Part shown: one piece after another, positions 48,010-57,648 of the stretch | Numbering within the stretch: position 1 is the first letter of the stretch | Layout: each line of letters begins with the position of its first letter | Assembly: GCA_014435945.1 (NCBI GenBank) | Contig: GCA_014435945.1_4088.1 | DNA from: a phage | Reading direction: 5' to 3' (one strand) | DNA: 64,000 nt | Program-made: the position numbers and the translations under genes | The notes under the pieces: generated by a model | The model's input: only the letters and a program-made list of their open reading frames with translations | Databases searched by the model: none | What the model was told of the DNA's origin: nothing

Positions 48010-48195
48010 ATGCATAGAGAATACTACACACAATTTGTTAAAGGGAACTACAAACACGCCGTCCCCGTAAACCCCTTAAATTCTAATGACCCAAGTACTA
48101 TATTCTTGTTCCATGACGCAATACGTACAGTACTCAATACTAAAGATGAACAGGTGCAGTACGTATTCTTACTTTTACTTATATACAGACACTAA
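48010..48195 (+). CDS. mini-protein family S member
   Basis: ORF track. Confidence 0.55.
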   Translation: MHREYYTQFVKGNYKHAVPVNPLNSNDPSTIFLFHDAIRTVLNTKDEQVQYVFLLLLIYRH

Positions 48196-48200
48196 CTAAT

Positions 48201-48410
48201 ATGAATAATGAACATAAAGAATTCTATTCCAAACACCTCAGCCAATCAGAACAAATGTTTCTAAGGACTACACCACCTTTAAGTACTAATACATATTTCG
48301 GCAGAGTATGCTACAATAATTGTATTCAAATGACTTTAAACGCAAACGCCAATGGTAACAGTACTAACCTGTACTCAGGCATCATAGGTATACTATTTCT
48401 ATATGAATAA
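48201..48410 (+). CDS. mini-protein family S member
   Basis: ORF track. Confidence 0.55.
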   Translation: MNNEHKEFYSKHLSQSEQMFLRTTPPLSTNTYFGRVCYNNCIQMTLNANANGNSTNLYSGIIGILFLYE

Positions 48411-48585
48411 AGAACATAAAGACTTCTATATAAGAAAACTAACATTCGTCCCCGTAAGAATATACAAAGAATGCGACCCAAGATTATACCTATGGCACTT
48501 CAATGAGTGCATAAAAGATTCTATATACCCTAAGAACTATAAAGAACAATTGATCTCAGTACTAACACTAGTACTATCATATTAA
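48403..48585 (+). CDS. mini-protein family S member
   Basis: ORF track; ATGA overlap. Confidence 0.55.
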   Translation: MNKEHKDFYIRKLTFVPVRIYKECDPRLYLWHFNECIKDSIYPKNYKEQLISVLTLVLSY

Positions 48586-48598
48586 TAGAGATAATACT

Positions 48599-48781
48599 AT
48601 GTATAAAGACTTCTATATAAGTAAACTAAAAGAAAACGAACAAGCATGGGTTAACAATTTAATCCCCTTGGCAATGACTCAATACGAATTTAATATGTGT
48701 ACAAAGATTGTTTTAACTACTAATGATATCTCTAATACGTACTACTTCCTAGTAAGAGTACTATATGGTACTTTGAAATAA
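48599..48781 (+). CDS. mini-protein family S member
   Basis: ORF track. Confidence 0.5.
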   Translation: MYKDFYISKLKENEQAWVNNLIPLAMTQYEFNMCTKIVLTTNDISNTYYFLVRVLYGTLK

Positions 48782-48792
48782 TAAGGTATACT

Positions 48793-48999
48793 ATGCAGAA
48801 CATAAAAAATTATAAAGAGTACTATATAAGTAAACTACCACCGACTGACCAAGCATGGATTAGATCTATAATAGTACTTGCATTTAATAGATATGCATTT
48901 AACAGATGTACCGAGATTGCTATAGACCCTTATAATATTAAAGAGAATGTACAGCATAATCAGTACTACTATATGTTAATGCTTATATATAGGAAGTAA
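48793..48999 (+). CDS. mini-protein family S member
   Basis: ORF track. Confidence 0.55.
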   Translation: MQNIKNYKEYYISKLPPTDQAWIRSIIVLAFNRYAFNRCTEIAIDPYNIKENVQHNQYYYMLMLIYRK

Positions 49000-49124
49000 T
49001 TCAACATATAGACAGGGGAAGCTCCGCAGGGAAAGCATTGGACAGGCTTTAACATATGTTATATATGTTAAAATTCAGCCTGGACAAATGCGATCACTAG
49101 GATTCTCCCCAGGCTAAACCCCGT

Positions 49125-49410
49125 AATCATATGTAGTCATAAGTAATCATATATAAACATTTAAGTAATCATTTATAATCACAGTAGTGATCAGTAGTGA
49201 GTACTAGAGTGTAATAGAGTGTAATAGAGTACAGGAATGTGCACGTTTAATCAAGAACGTAGCAGTACTGCCCCAAAAGTATTCAGTACTGAAGGTGTCG
49301 ATATGCCACTAAGTAGGCAGAGGAAGTCTGCCGTACTTTGTAGTTTCCAAGCTCCTTTTCCATTTTGCAAATTACATCAAATGTAATCAAAAGTAATCAC
49401 GCAATGATTA
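49125..49410. repeat. cluster of short direct repeats (GTAATCA about 6 times; AGTGTAATAGAGT twice)
   Basis: Read directly in ORF-free region. Confidence 0.5.
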
Positions 49411-49448
49411 GTACTGAATTATTACTTTCACCTTAATTACAATTACCC

Positions 49449-49468
49449 TTTTACCCTTCGGGGTAAAA
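49449..49468 (+). other. perfect hairpin TTTTACCC-TTCG-GGGTAAAA (UUCG tetraloop) with no T-run
   Basis: 8-bp inverted repeat. Confidence 0.5.
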
Positions 49469-49686
49469 TTCCATTACCCCTTGAGGCTCCAGCAAAAAGT
49501 TGGTTAGTACTCCATCCTAAATCTCGATCCTAAAAATTTTGGAGTACCTATGAAATAAAAGTTGGATCTTCGAAAGTTGAAATTTACGTTGGGACGTTTA
49601 TGATTTGTGGGATATAATGATGTTTGTAGTCGGGTAGTTCTCAAGAATATCAGTACTGAATGGTGAAAGAAAGTTATTGACATTAT

Positions 49687-49716
49687 GATTCAGTACTGTA
49701 TAATGTTCTACATAGA
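49687..49716 (+). promoter_or_regulatory. orphan sigma70-like promoter (TTGACA-N17-TATAAT) with no ORF for over 1 kb
   Basis: ttgacattatgattcagtactgtataat. Confidence 0.45.
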
Positions 49717-50029
49717 GAGATGAGTTGCTGCGAACAATTCATTTACTCTACCTCCTGTCGTGAGACAGTACAGAAAAGATAGTTCCTCCTATTGGTGGTG
49801 CATCTTTTTGAACCTCATATGAAAATCGTAATAACAGTACTGATATTAACAGAATGGTATTAGTACTGATTTTAATCTAAAGCATTATGCCACCAGCTTG
49901 TGCTGGTGGATTCCCTCTAACAGTATTCAGTACTACATGATGGTCTTCATCCTCCTAGGGTAACATAGTGAGGGCTATGATGGCAGTACTGAATACTCCT
50001 TTCACAAGATAGATCTATGGTATAGTACT

Positions 50030-50225
50030 GACGGATTTTGGGCGTAGTTACCCTGGGTGGATTTTGGACGTAGATATGTCTAGCCCTCCAGAAGTCTGGA
50101 AGTAAAGATGGCTATCCATCTAGACGGCTAAACGGCTAGATTTCTAGATGGCTGTATGGCTAGACGTTTGGACGGCTAAACGGCTAGATGGTTACACGTC
50201 TGGATGTATAGACGGCTAAATCAAA
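50030..50225. repeat. iteron-like direct repeats: GACGGCTAAACGGCTAGAT twice (50123-50141, 50171-50189), partial copy at 50211, and GGATTTTGG(G/A)CGTAG twice
   Basis: Read directly. Confidence 0.6.
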
Positions 50226-50916
50226 ATTTTTATTTTGTTTTTTCCAATAGTTCCCCTACCGCGTGGGGATAGTTTCCCCGCAGTATCTGGAGTTAGATTT
50301 TTCTGAATCTGGAATCATTATCCCCGTTTTAGCCTGGTATGTCAACCGCCTGGATGAATATTTTTAAAAAATAATCTAGTACTGAATTTTGGGCGTAACT
50401 ATGCACCCGGTGGGCTTGAGTCTTTCTCGACTTGATGGAACTATTATACAGTACTGGAAAAATAAAGCAATACCCTGGAAGCAAAAAAGTTTTAATTAAT
50501 TTGCTTGCTATCCTGGGCCGGACTATGGTACTATATTTCAGTACTGAGAAAGTGCGTTTACCTGCTAGGGTGCGGGAGTGTATCCTTTTTAAATTTACTG
50601 AATTTTGGGCGTAATTCCGCACCCCCAGGGGTATCCGCTTTCTCGCGTCTATGTAGTAATTATACGCTTTTTCGGTGCTGAGTCAATAGCTAAAAACAAA
50701 ATAATTGAAAATAATTTAACGCGTTTAAACGGCCCGTAAAGCCCTGGTTAGCTGGTGGCGGTGCAAATGTATAGCTTAGGTGTATTAATGCGTTAGAATG
50801 CGATTGAGGACGTTTTACGGGGTATAGTACTGATTCAGTACTGAAAGATTGTTCTCCCTGGATTGTTCCAGTACTCCTATATAGAAAGAAAACTATTTTA
50901 AAAGTATTTGTAGAAA

Positions 50917-50950
50917 GTACTTGCAAAGTATTGGGAAAGGTGTAGAATGT
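50917..50950 (+). promoter_or_regulatory. sigma70-like promoter (TTGCAA-N16-TAGAAT) followed by leader hairpin
   Basis: Seen directly. Confidence 0.5.
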
Positions 50951-51005
50951 TTTACATCGAGACGGGGGATACGCTCCCGACTCACTTTTAAAAGAGATTA
51001 AAACG

Positions 51006-51368
51006 ATGGCGACTCAAATCAATACTATCATGCTTAACCTGGTTTCTTTCCGTGAAGAGATGAAAGATCTTCCCGCTGAGACTGTACGGATTCACATTGC
51101 AGCTTATCGGGAATTGATTGCAATGCTGCCGCTTAAGCGTGAACAGTACGCCGCTACTGCAATGCTGGACGCAATGATACATAAGATGATCCAGACTGAT
51201 TTAACGATGGCTTATCAGTACATGGGCGAAATGTTTGCAGTGTATAGCAAGCCAGTACCAGGAATGGAAAGTACAGAAGTATTACACGGCTTAAACTTAA
51301 AACAAGATGCATGGGATAATATGCCTCGTTTCCTGGTATGGGCTGATAGTGGAAAGATTTACGAATAA
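51006..51368 (+). CDS. hypothetical protein
   Basis: ORF track; promoter and hairpin upstream. Confidence 0.5.
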   Translation: MATQINTIMLNLVSFREEMKDLPAETVRIHIAAYRELIAMLPLKREQYAATAMLDAMIHKMIQTDLTMAYQYMGEMFAVYSKPVPGMESTEVLHGLNLKQDAWDNMPRFLVWADSGKIYE

Positions 51369-51375
51369 GTTTTTA

Positions 51376-51440
51376 AAAGTACTTGCAAAGTAAGTTTAAA
51401 GGCGTATAATACTTTACATCAGGTGGGGAATAGTTCCCCA
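51376..51440 (+). promoter_or_regulatory. right-region promoter unit: AGTACTTGCAA(-35)-N16-TATAAT then leader hairpin GTGGGGAA-tag-TTCCCCAC
   Basis: Same unit recurs before most genes from 51 to 64 kb. Confidence 0.6.
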
Positions 51441-51461
51441 CTATATAAGAGGATTAAAAAA

Positions 51462-51701
51462 ATGGCTAAATCAAAAATGTTCTTAGGTCACAAAAACAAA
51501 ACTCAATGGAATGTAAGCCTTTGGATTAATAACGACGAATCATTATACCGGTTGGCCCAGGACTTTATTGCCGCTAACACTAATCGTAATGATGCGGCCC
51601 GTCATATGATGCTATTTTTAGAACAGACTGGACAAGATAAAACGCCGGACGGCTTTAAGTATAGCACTACTGCGATCCGTGCGGCGATGGTTGGAATGTA
51701 A
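51462..51701 (+). CDS. hypothetical protein; paralog of 53854..54093
   Basis: Shared GHKNKTQWNVSLWINN..ESLYRLAQ...TPDGFKYSTTAIRAAMVGM. Confidence 0.55.
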   Translation: MAKSKMFLGHKNKTQWNVSLWINNDESLYRLAQDFIAANTNRNDAARHMMLFLEQTGQDKTPDGFKYSTTAIRAAMVGM

Positions 51702-51784
51702 TAGAATATATTAAAAGTACTATTGCACGGTGATAGTACTTTATAATAGTGTTTTATTCATACACCAACGATAAGGGTAACAGC

Positions 51785-52051
51785 ATGAATATTATATATT
51801 TTGCGACGCGTGAACAAGCTCGGATCGCCGCACGCCAGGACGGGGCGACGTTTAAAGATATGGGCGTACAATCGGAACGTGGTAAACGTTGGGCCATTGT
51901 AAAGCGTAGTACCGCCAGATCATTACAGTACTGGTTAGCGGCCTTAAAAAGACCCGATAGTGTATCGCGACGAGTGGTAGAAATAAAGCTCGACCGAAAG
52001 GGCAACCGCGTGACCGTGTACCGTACTAAAAAGATTGCAGTACTTGAATAA
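51785..52051 (+). CDS. hypothetical basic protein
   Basis: Internal ATG with AAGGG SD. Confidence 0.45.
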   Translation: MNIIYFATREQARIAARQDGATFKDMGVQSERGKRWAIVKRSTARSLQYWLAALKRPDSVSRRVVEIKLDRKGNRVTVYRTKKIAVLE

Positions 52052-52138
52052 AAAGTACTTGCAAACTAAGTTTAAAAGCGTATAATGTTTTACATCGAGA
52101 GCGGGAATAGTTCCCGCCTATAACCTGGAGTAATAAAA

Positions 52139-52369
52139 ATGACTAATATGTATATGACTGAAGTTAAAACCGTAAAAGATACTACCACTAATAAAACTAC
52201 TTACTTACAGCGGATCTGTGGTGTATGGCAACGTATCAGAAAATCAAAGTACTTTAAATTAACATCATATGCAAACCGTTCGGATTCATTCAGTACTGAA
52301 ATAAAAGGTAATAAAGTACACCAATACGGCACTTATTATTATTATAGCCTGGACGCGATTGCAGTATAA
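52139..52369 (+). CDS. hypothetical protein
   Basis: ORF track; promoter unit at about 52061. Confidence 0.45.
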   Translation: MTNMYMTEVKTVKDTTTNKTTYLQRICGVWQRIRKSKYFKLTSYANRSDSFSTEIKGNKVHQYGTYYYYSLDAIAV

Positions 52370-52639
52370 GCAGTTTACAAATCTTTACAATTGCCAGTAT
52401 TGACTTATTTTGTCAGTACTGGCATAATGTATTCATTGGCAGATAAGCCGTAGCCCATAGGGTGCGGAAGTGTATCTATAGAAAAAGTAGTTTAGTACAG
52501 TTACAATTGTGCACCCGGTGGGTTAGCTGTTGTCATGGGGTATATTATACCAGTACTGGATAGTGCTGTCAATACTTTTTTTACTATTCAGTACTGAAAA
52601 ACTATTTGATAAAAAGTACTTGCAAACTATGTTTAAAGG

Positions 52640-52735
52640 CGTATAATGTTTTACATCAGGACGGGGAACGAAATAAGTAACTTCCCGTTAAGTAGCCCAG
52701 GAGTAAGGCACACGAAAAACTCCCCTGATAAAATA
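52640..52735 (+). ncRNA. candidate structured RNA element between tandem promoters (copy 1)
   Basis: About 90-nt segment nearly identical to 63797-63885; compensatory change in ACGGGG/CCCCGT stem. Confidence 0.35.
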
Positions 52736-52797
52736 GTTTGACAATTGTTTTTAAAAGCGTATAATACTTACATAAACTACTGAATGAGGGTTACAAA

Positions 52798-53409
52798 ATG
52801 AAAACTATCACTACTACTACTTATGTTATGGATTTTTCTGAATTGAACGCAGAACAAAAAACGTCAGCTATCGAACTAGTTCGGGAACGTGAAAAAAACT
52901 CAAACGACGATTATTTTTCTGAAAGTGAAATTGAACACTATAAAGAAACAGTATTGCCGGAATATGGCATTAATGACGCTGAAATACAATTCAGTGGTTT
53001 TTGGTCCCAGGGTGACGGTGCATCAATCAGTACTGACCACGTTGACGCAGTGAAGTTTTTACGCAAGGTAAGAGCATTAACTAAGTATCGCTCAATCCGT
53101 CACCTGCTGAATGAAGATGATTTGGCGATGAGTGTAAAGCGTTCGCACTCCCACTACTCGCATGAGAATACTGTAAGCGGGTACATTGAATCGGCTTACA
53201 CTGATTTAACCGCAAAACAAGAAACGTTAGTTAATGAGCTTGAGGAACTACTCACTGACACTATTCGTGAATTATCCCGCAAGTTGTACCGTGATTTAGA
53301 GAATGCATATGAGGATCAATTCACTACTGAAAACATTACGGCACTGATTGAGGGTAACGAATATCAATTCAATGTTATTGATGGCGTAGTAGAATCAATC
53401 GAATATTAA
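52798..53409 (+). CDS. hypothetical acidic protein (203 aa)
   Basis: ORF track; SD GAGGG. Confidence 0.5.
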   Translation: MKTITTTTYVMDFSELNAEQKTSAIELVREREKNSNDDYFSESEIEHYKETVLPEYGINDAEIQFSGFWSQGDGASISTDHVDAVKFLRKVRALTKYRSIRHLLNEDDLAMSVKRSHSHYSHENTVSGYIESAYTDLTAKQETLVNELEELLTDTIRELSRKLYRDLENAYEDQFTTENITALIEGNEYQFNVIDGVVESIEY

Positions 53410-53502
53410 TTTAAAAAGTACTTGCAAACTAAGTTTAAAGGCGTATAATACTTTATATCGAGGCGGGGAGTGGTTCCCCGCTCATACTAAAAGGGTAACA
53501 AA

Positions 53503-53769
53503 ATGAAAACTTTAAATATCACAACTGCACATCAATTGGTTCGGGATGCGATGGATCATGTGCAAGATTTCTTCCCTGATGTAAGTGTAGTGACTTATGA
53601 AAAAGGTACTTGGACTTATTCAACAATTAACGGTTATGAGCCTGATTTTGATGATCTGGAAGAAATGGAATTTAATTTTGATCTGCTGAATGATGCCGCC
53701 CGTGAAGTGGGAAACGATGTTCAATACATTGATGGAGTAGTCGCACCTGATGCCGTAAAAGGATTATAA
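53503..53769 (+). CDS. hypothetical acidic protein
   Basis: ORF track; promoter unit upstream. Confidence 0.5.
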   Translation: MKTLNITTAHQLVRDAMDHVQDFFPDVSVVTYEKGTWTYSTINGYEPDFDDLEEMEFNFDLLNDAAREVGNDVQYIDGVVAPDAVKGL

Positions 53770-53853
53770 AAGTACTTGCAAACTAAGTTTAAAGGCGTAT
53801 AATACTTTATATCGAGGCGGGGAGTGGTTCCCCGCTCAAACGAGGATTAAAAA

Positions 53854-54093
53854 ATGGCTAGTACTAAAACTTACAACGGGCACAAAAACAAAACTCATTG
53901 GAATGTTTCCTTATGGATTAATAACGGTGAGTCATTGTATCGGCTTGCTCAAAGTTGCATCGCACAAAGTAGAACTAAAGATATTGCTGCGGAATGTATG
54001 TACCGCAGATTAAAAGCCAACGGTACTACTACAACGCCGGACGGATTCAAGTATAGCACTACGGCGATCCGTGCTGCAATGGTTGGAATGTAA
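53854..54093 (+). CDS. hypothetical protein; paralog of 51462..51701
   Basis: Shared motifs; identical promoter unit. Confidence 0.55.
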   Translation: MASTKTYNGHKNKTHWNVSLWINNGESLYRLAQSCIAQSRTKDIAAECMYRRLKANGTTTTPDGFKYSTTAIRAAMVGM

Positions 54094-54151
54094 TATTCAG
54101 TACTGTAACAATGGCGGGGAATGGTTCCCGCCTTTATTGAGGGTTTATCTA

Positions 54152-54412
54152 ATGAGTAAAGTAATTAACTATACAGTACTAAGCAAGTCATTATCTATTA
54201 GCCAGTGCACCGATGGTTATTGGTTTTATGATGAAACGCGTGGAATGAATTTAGCTATGCGTGCAAAAACTGCTGAGGCGGCGTATCTTGAGGCACTGGA
54301 ATACTACCAGGAACGTTTAACGGAAGTAGAAGAAGATTATAAAAGCCTCAAAGCGAAAGTAGATCATTTCGTCGGTCAATTCATCGAGGAAGACGCCGAC
54401 AAACAATATTGA
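54152..54412 (+). CDS. hypothetical protein
   Basis: Internal ATG with GAGGG SD. Confidence 0.45.
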   Translation: MSKVINYTVLSKSLSISQCTDGYWFYDETRGMNLAMRAKTAEAAYLEALEYYQERLTEVEEDYKSLKAKVDHFVGQFIEEDADKQY

Positions 54413-54498
54413 AAAAGTACTTGCAATTAGTTTTCAGTACTGTATAATGGTTTACATCAAAGGGAGAAATGGTTCTCCCTGGTAATGAGGAAAATAAA

Positions 54499-54720
54499 AT
54501 GGCTAATATCACTACTCTTTCCCAACTGGAAGCACTGGTTAAATCTATGCGGGAACATGCCGACAAAATCGGCGTACAAGATCCAGCCGTTTGCTTCTGC
54601 GACGAATTGAATGATGATACCCTGGTAATAGCAGAAGTCCAGGACGTTTCTAACTATTCCTCGCGTTACACTGGCGGCGTAGCAAATAAAGGTGACTTCT
54701 GTTTATACCTTACAAAATAA
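54499..54720 (+). CDS. hypothetical protein
   Basis: ATG after SD GAGGA. Confidence 0.5.
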   Translation: MANITTLSQLEALVKSMREHADKIGVQDPAVCFCDELNDDTLVIAEVQDVSNYSSRYTGGVANKGDFCLYLTK

Positions 54721-54963
54721 CAACGCGGGGAGATAATAACTCCCCGTTACTTTTTCAGTACTGAATCATTTAATAGACGGATCTCGGCACCCGGTGGGTT
54801 AGTGACTGTTTCGTCTTGATGTAGTAATTATGCCAGTACTGGATGCACTTGTCAACAATTATTTTCCAAATACTTTTTATTAAAATACTTGCTATTAGTT
54901 TTTAAACGCGTATAATGTTTTGCATAGGGGGAGCGGTTCCCCTGGTAACTAAGGAATAAGAAA

Positions 54964-55200
54964 ATGGTCGAACAAATCAAATCAACGTCTTCGAATGTAA
55001 CGGGAACGGTAGCACACTTTACTAGTGATGAATCGCGGGGCGTTCCCTATTGTGCTGTACATGTAAACACTGAGGGTAACTACTGGTTTACGGTTTACGG
55101 ATCATATTCATTTGGACGGCCAGGGCATCAAAAAATTCTGGATAAAGTACAACCAACGGGTAAAAATATCACTGCCGAAATGTTTTATAAAAAATCATAA
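54964..55200 (+). CDS. hypothetical protein
   Basis: ORF track. Confidence 0.5.
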   Translation: MVEQIKSTSSNVTGTVAHFTSDESRGVPYCAVHVNTEGNYWFTVYGSYSFGRPGHQKILDKVQPTGKNITAEMFYKKS

Positions 55201-55284
55201 AGTACTTGCAATTAGTTTTTAGTACTGTATAATATTTTACATCGCAAGGGGAAACGGTTTCCCCTGGTAACTAAGGATAATCAA

Positions 55285-55584
55285 ATGAAAGTAGCAATCA
55301 TCGCCCTGGCTTTATCTGTTTCCTCTTTCGCTGTTAATGCGTCGTTAGATGTACCTGGTGATAAATTCATTCAGTGCACCGTAGCAATGACAGATGAAAG
55401 TACTGGCGAGATTGTATTAAAGGATTTAGAGATCCAGCCGGAAGCATTTAAAAACGGCCCGTTCCATGAAGAAGACGAAAACGGTAGCACAACAATTTAT
55501 TATGATGCCAGTACTAAACGTGGTTCTGTCACTGTAATGGATACGGAGAAAGTAACTCACACCGGAGTAATTAACTGTTTATAA
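55285..55584 (+). CDS. secreted protein (signal peptide)
   Basis: N-terminus MKVAIIALALSVSSFAVNA. Confidence 0.55.
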   Translation: MKVAIIALALSVSSFAVNASLDVPGDKFIQCTVAMTDESTGEIVLKDLEIQPEAFKNGPFHEEDENGSTTIYYDASTKRGSVTVMDTEKVTHTGVINCL

Positions 55585-55666
55585 TAGTTTGACTATGTAT
55601 TACAGTACTGTATAATAGATACATAAGGGGCGAATAGTTTGCCCCTGGCATAAAGGGGAAAACATT

Positions 55667-55897
55667 ATGACAGCACGAATTGTTTTACTTAACGCTGGAA
55701 GTACTACACAACTCCTTAACGCCGTGCATTATGATATTGAAACGAGCGTTAATCTTATCAGTACTGTAGTACTATTGGACACTGGAAAGGTCGCCAATGA
55801 TAAAGCGATTGCAGGTATACTAACTGATCTCAAGCCTGGTAGCAGTACGCCAATAACGTTAAATGGCAAAGTGTTTAATATTTTACTTACTGATTAA
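55667..55897 (+). CDS. hypothetical protein
   Basis: ORF track. Confidence 0.45.
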   Translation: MTARIVLLNAGSTTQLLNAVHYDIETSVNLISTVVLLDTGKVANDKAIAGILTDLKPGSSTPITLNGKVFNILLTD

Positions 55898-55903
55898 GTA
55901 CAT

Positions 55904-55926
55904 AGCCCACCTGGTGGGCTTTTTTG
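55904..55926 (+). terminator. intrinsic terminator AGCCCAC-ctg-GTGGGCT plus T5
   Basis: Inverted repeat and T-run. Confidence 0.65.
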
Positions 55927-55994
55927 TTTTTGTAGTATCGTAGTACTGAGATACTTTAAAAATAGTTTTAAAAAAGTAGTTGACATTACCACAA

Positions 55995-56085
55995 AAAGGC
56001 GTAGAATGTATTACATCAAGACGGGGAGCACTAAGTAGACCGCCAGTAAGTCGAACGAAAAACTGGACACGTCGAGAAAACTTTG
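55995..56085 (+). ncRNA. candidate structured RNA element, divergent copy
   Basis: Shares acgggga...aagtag.cc..cagtaag..acgaaaaact with 52640 and 63797. Confidence 0.25.
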
Positions 56086-56130
56086 ATACACTAATAAACG
56101 TAAACTAAACTTTAATTGAGGATTTATAAA

Positions 56131-56613
56131 ATGGCTAATGTAAAATCATTCATCAAAGCACTGGTAGCAAATGAAACTAACGTCGCGGCAGAGATCCTGG
56201 CTGAACTGGATAACGATACCATGAAAGCGGTACGCAATAATTTTAACATCGCGTACAGTACTGCGAAAGAACTACAAGCAAATAAAGCGGCAGAAATTGA
56301 AGCGGCAAAGGCGGCCCGTGAAGCAGAACTACAAGCAACAATCGAAAGTATTCAGGCGGCAGTAGTTGGATTGGATCTGGAAGTAGTTACAGAGATGGCA
56401 CAAAAAGCCCTGGCGGTTAAGTATGGGGAAGACAAGCCAGAAGTAAAAGCCAAAAAATGGATTCAGGAACGCGTAGCGGTAGTACTGGACAACGGGGAAG
56501 AATATCTGATTCCGGTGCGTGGTAACTGCATTGCGGTAGTACTGGATGCGATTAACTCCAGTGGTATGACTCGCGAGGAATGGATCGAAGCTCATCGCAA
56601 AGTTGAAGCATAA
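56131..56613 (+). CDS. hypothetical Ala/Glu-rich protein
   Basis: ATG after SD GAGGA; track start 56116 is TTG. Confidence 0.5.
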   Translation: MANVKSFIKALVANETNVAAEILAELDNDTMKAVRNNFNIAYSTAKELQANKAAEIEAAKAAREAELQATIESIQAAVVGLDLEVVTEMAQKALAVKYGEDKPEVKAKKWIQERVAVVLDNGEEYLIPVRGNCIAVVLDAINSSGMTREEWIEAHRKVEA

Positions 56614-56634
56614 CAATTAAAGTACTGAATCACT

Positions 56635-56662
56635 AGCCCACCTTAAACGGTGGGCTTTTTTG
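56635..56662 (+). terminator. intrinsic terminator AGCCCACC..GGTGGGCT plus T6
   Basis: Inverted repeat and T-run. Confidence 0.65.
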
Positions 56663-56898
56663 TGTTTATCGTTTACCAGCTCCACATCACCGCCTAGAAA
56701 CGATTCTAACGCATTAAACTGATTATCTGATGCATTGCCCTAGCTGGTGGCGTTAAGGTCGTTGTAATGCGATTGAGAGCGTTTAAAGTATTTTGCAAAA
56801 AGTAATAAAAAGTACTTGCACGATTAAGAGATTAGCGTATAATGTTTTACATCGAGAGGGGGAAACGGTTCTCCTTCCAAATCAAAGGAATAAAAACA

Positions 56899-57126
56899 AT
56901 GGCTATTATCATTACTCGCGTATCTGGTACTACTGGCAACGAACAAGTAGTTGCAGTCATTACCAACAAGGAAGGTGCGGAATTGCAAAATGCAATGAAT
57001 ACCTGGGCCGTTAATGAGTTCGGTCAGTGGGCAAGTGTAGCATACATTGAAACCTATCAAGTGCCGTCGATTAGTTTAACTGATTTGGGCGTTGAGCGTA
57101 TCCTTTGCCTGGATGAATTAAATTAA
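56899..57126 (+). CDS. hypothetical protein
   Basis: ATG after SD AAGGAA. Confidence 0.5.
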   Translation: MAIIITRVSGTTGNEQVVAVITNKEGAELQNAMNTWAVNEFGQWASVAYIETYQVPSISLTDLGVERILCLDELN

Positions 57127-57212
57127 AAAAAGTACTTGCAAAGTAAATCGAATAAAGTATAATACATTACATCAAGGGGAGAAATGGTTCTCCCCACTAC
57201 AAGGAAACTAAA

Positions 57213-57356
57213 ATGAAAACTTGTCAATGTGGTCAGAAATCTATTACGGGTTTAAAGCGGGGCGTTGCTCTTTGCCAGTACCATTATAATTTACAAGTAT
57301 GGGGTAAAGAATGGGCCGACCAGGTGGAAGCAGCAAAGAAAGCAAAAAGTAAGTAA
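57213..57356 (+). CDS. putative 47-aa Cys-containing basic protein (MKTCQCGQKS...KAKSK)
   Basis: Read manually; promoter, hairpin and SD upstream. Confidence 0.4.
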   Translation: MKTCQCGQKSITGLKRGVALCQYHYNLQVWGKEWADQVEAAKKAKSK

Positions 57357-57435
57357 AAATATTATCACAGTACTATTGACATAGTTTGATAGTACTGGCA
57401 TAATAGATTTTATCAAGACAACTGAGGAAAATAAA

Positions 57436-57648
57436 ATGGCTATCATCACTAAAATCAAAGTTAACAAATCACTGGTTAAGCTGGAAGAAGTGAAAGAAGG
57501 TTATAAAGTATCTTGGTGCGGCATGTATCGGATATTCACTGATATTGATGACGCAATCAATTATTACAGCGACACGGTTAAAAACTTTGTTCGTGCTGAT
57601 GTGGTTATGGCAGTGGCAACGCACAAAGCAGCGAAAGAAAGTAAGTAA
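57436..57648 (+). CDS. hypothetical protein
   Basis: ORF track; same 3' end and downstream promoter as 57213..57356. Confidence 0.5.
   Translation: MAIITKIKVNKSLVKLEEVKEGYKVSWCGMYRIFTDIDDAINYYSDTVKNFVRADVVMAVATHKAAKESK

Noticed and set aside
22763-48999. Possibility that the paralog arrays are an assembly artefact from collapsed or expanded repeats
   Set aside because: Members are strongly diverged in the gene bodies and identical only in short leader/intergenic cassettes, so each copy is distinct and individually assemblable.
49000-50990. tRNA genes or a CRISPR array in the ORF-free repeat region
   Set aside because: No cloverleaf-compatible segments or GGTTCGAATCC-like T-arms were seen; repeats are irregular iteron-like motifs rather than uniform repeat-spacer units.
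50329-52005. ORFs 50329..50622 (-), 50432..50614 (+), 50690..50926 (-), 50988..51182 (-), 51754..52005 (-)
   Set aside because: They fall in the repeat-rich non-coding region or antisense to promoter-driven + strand genes, with no translation signals.
52798-53409. ArdA-like anti-restriction (DNA mimic) assignment for the acidic 203-aa protein
   Set aside because: Only acidic composition supports it; no recognisable ArdA motifs could be confirmed by reading, so it is left as hypothetical.
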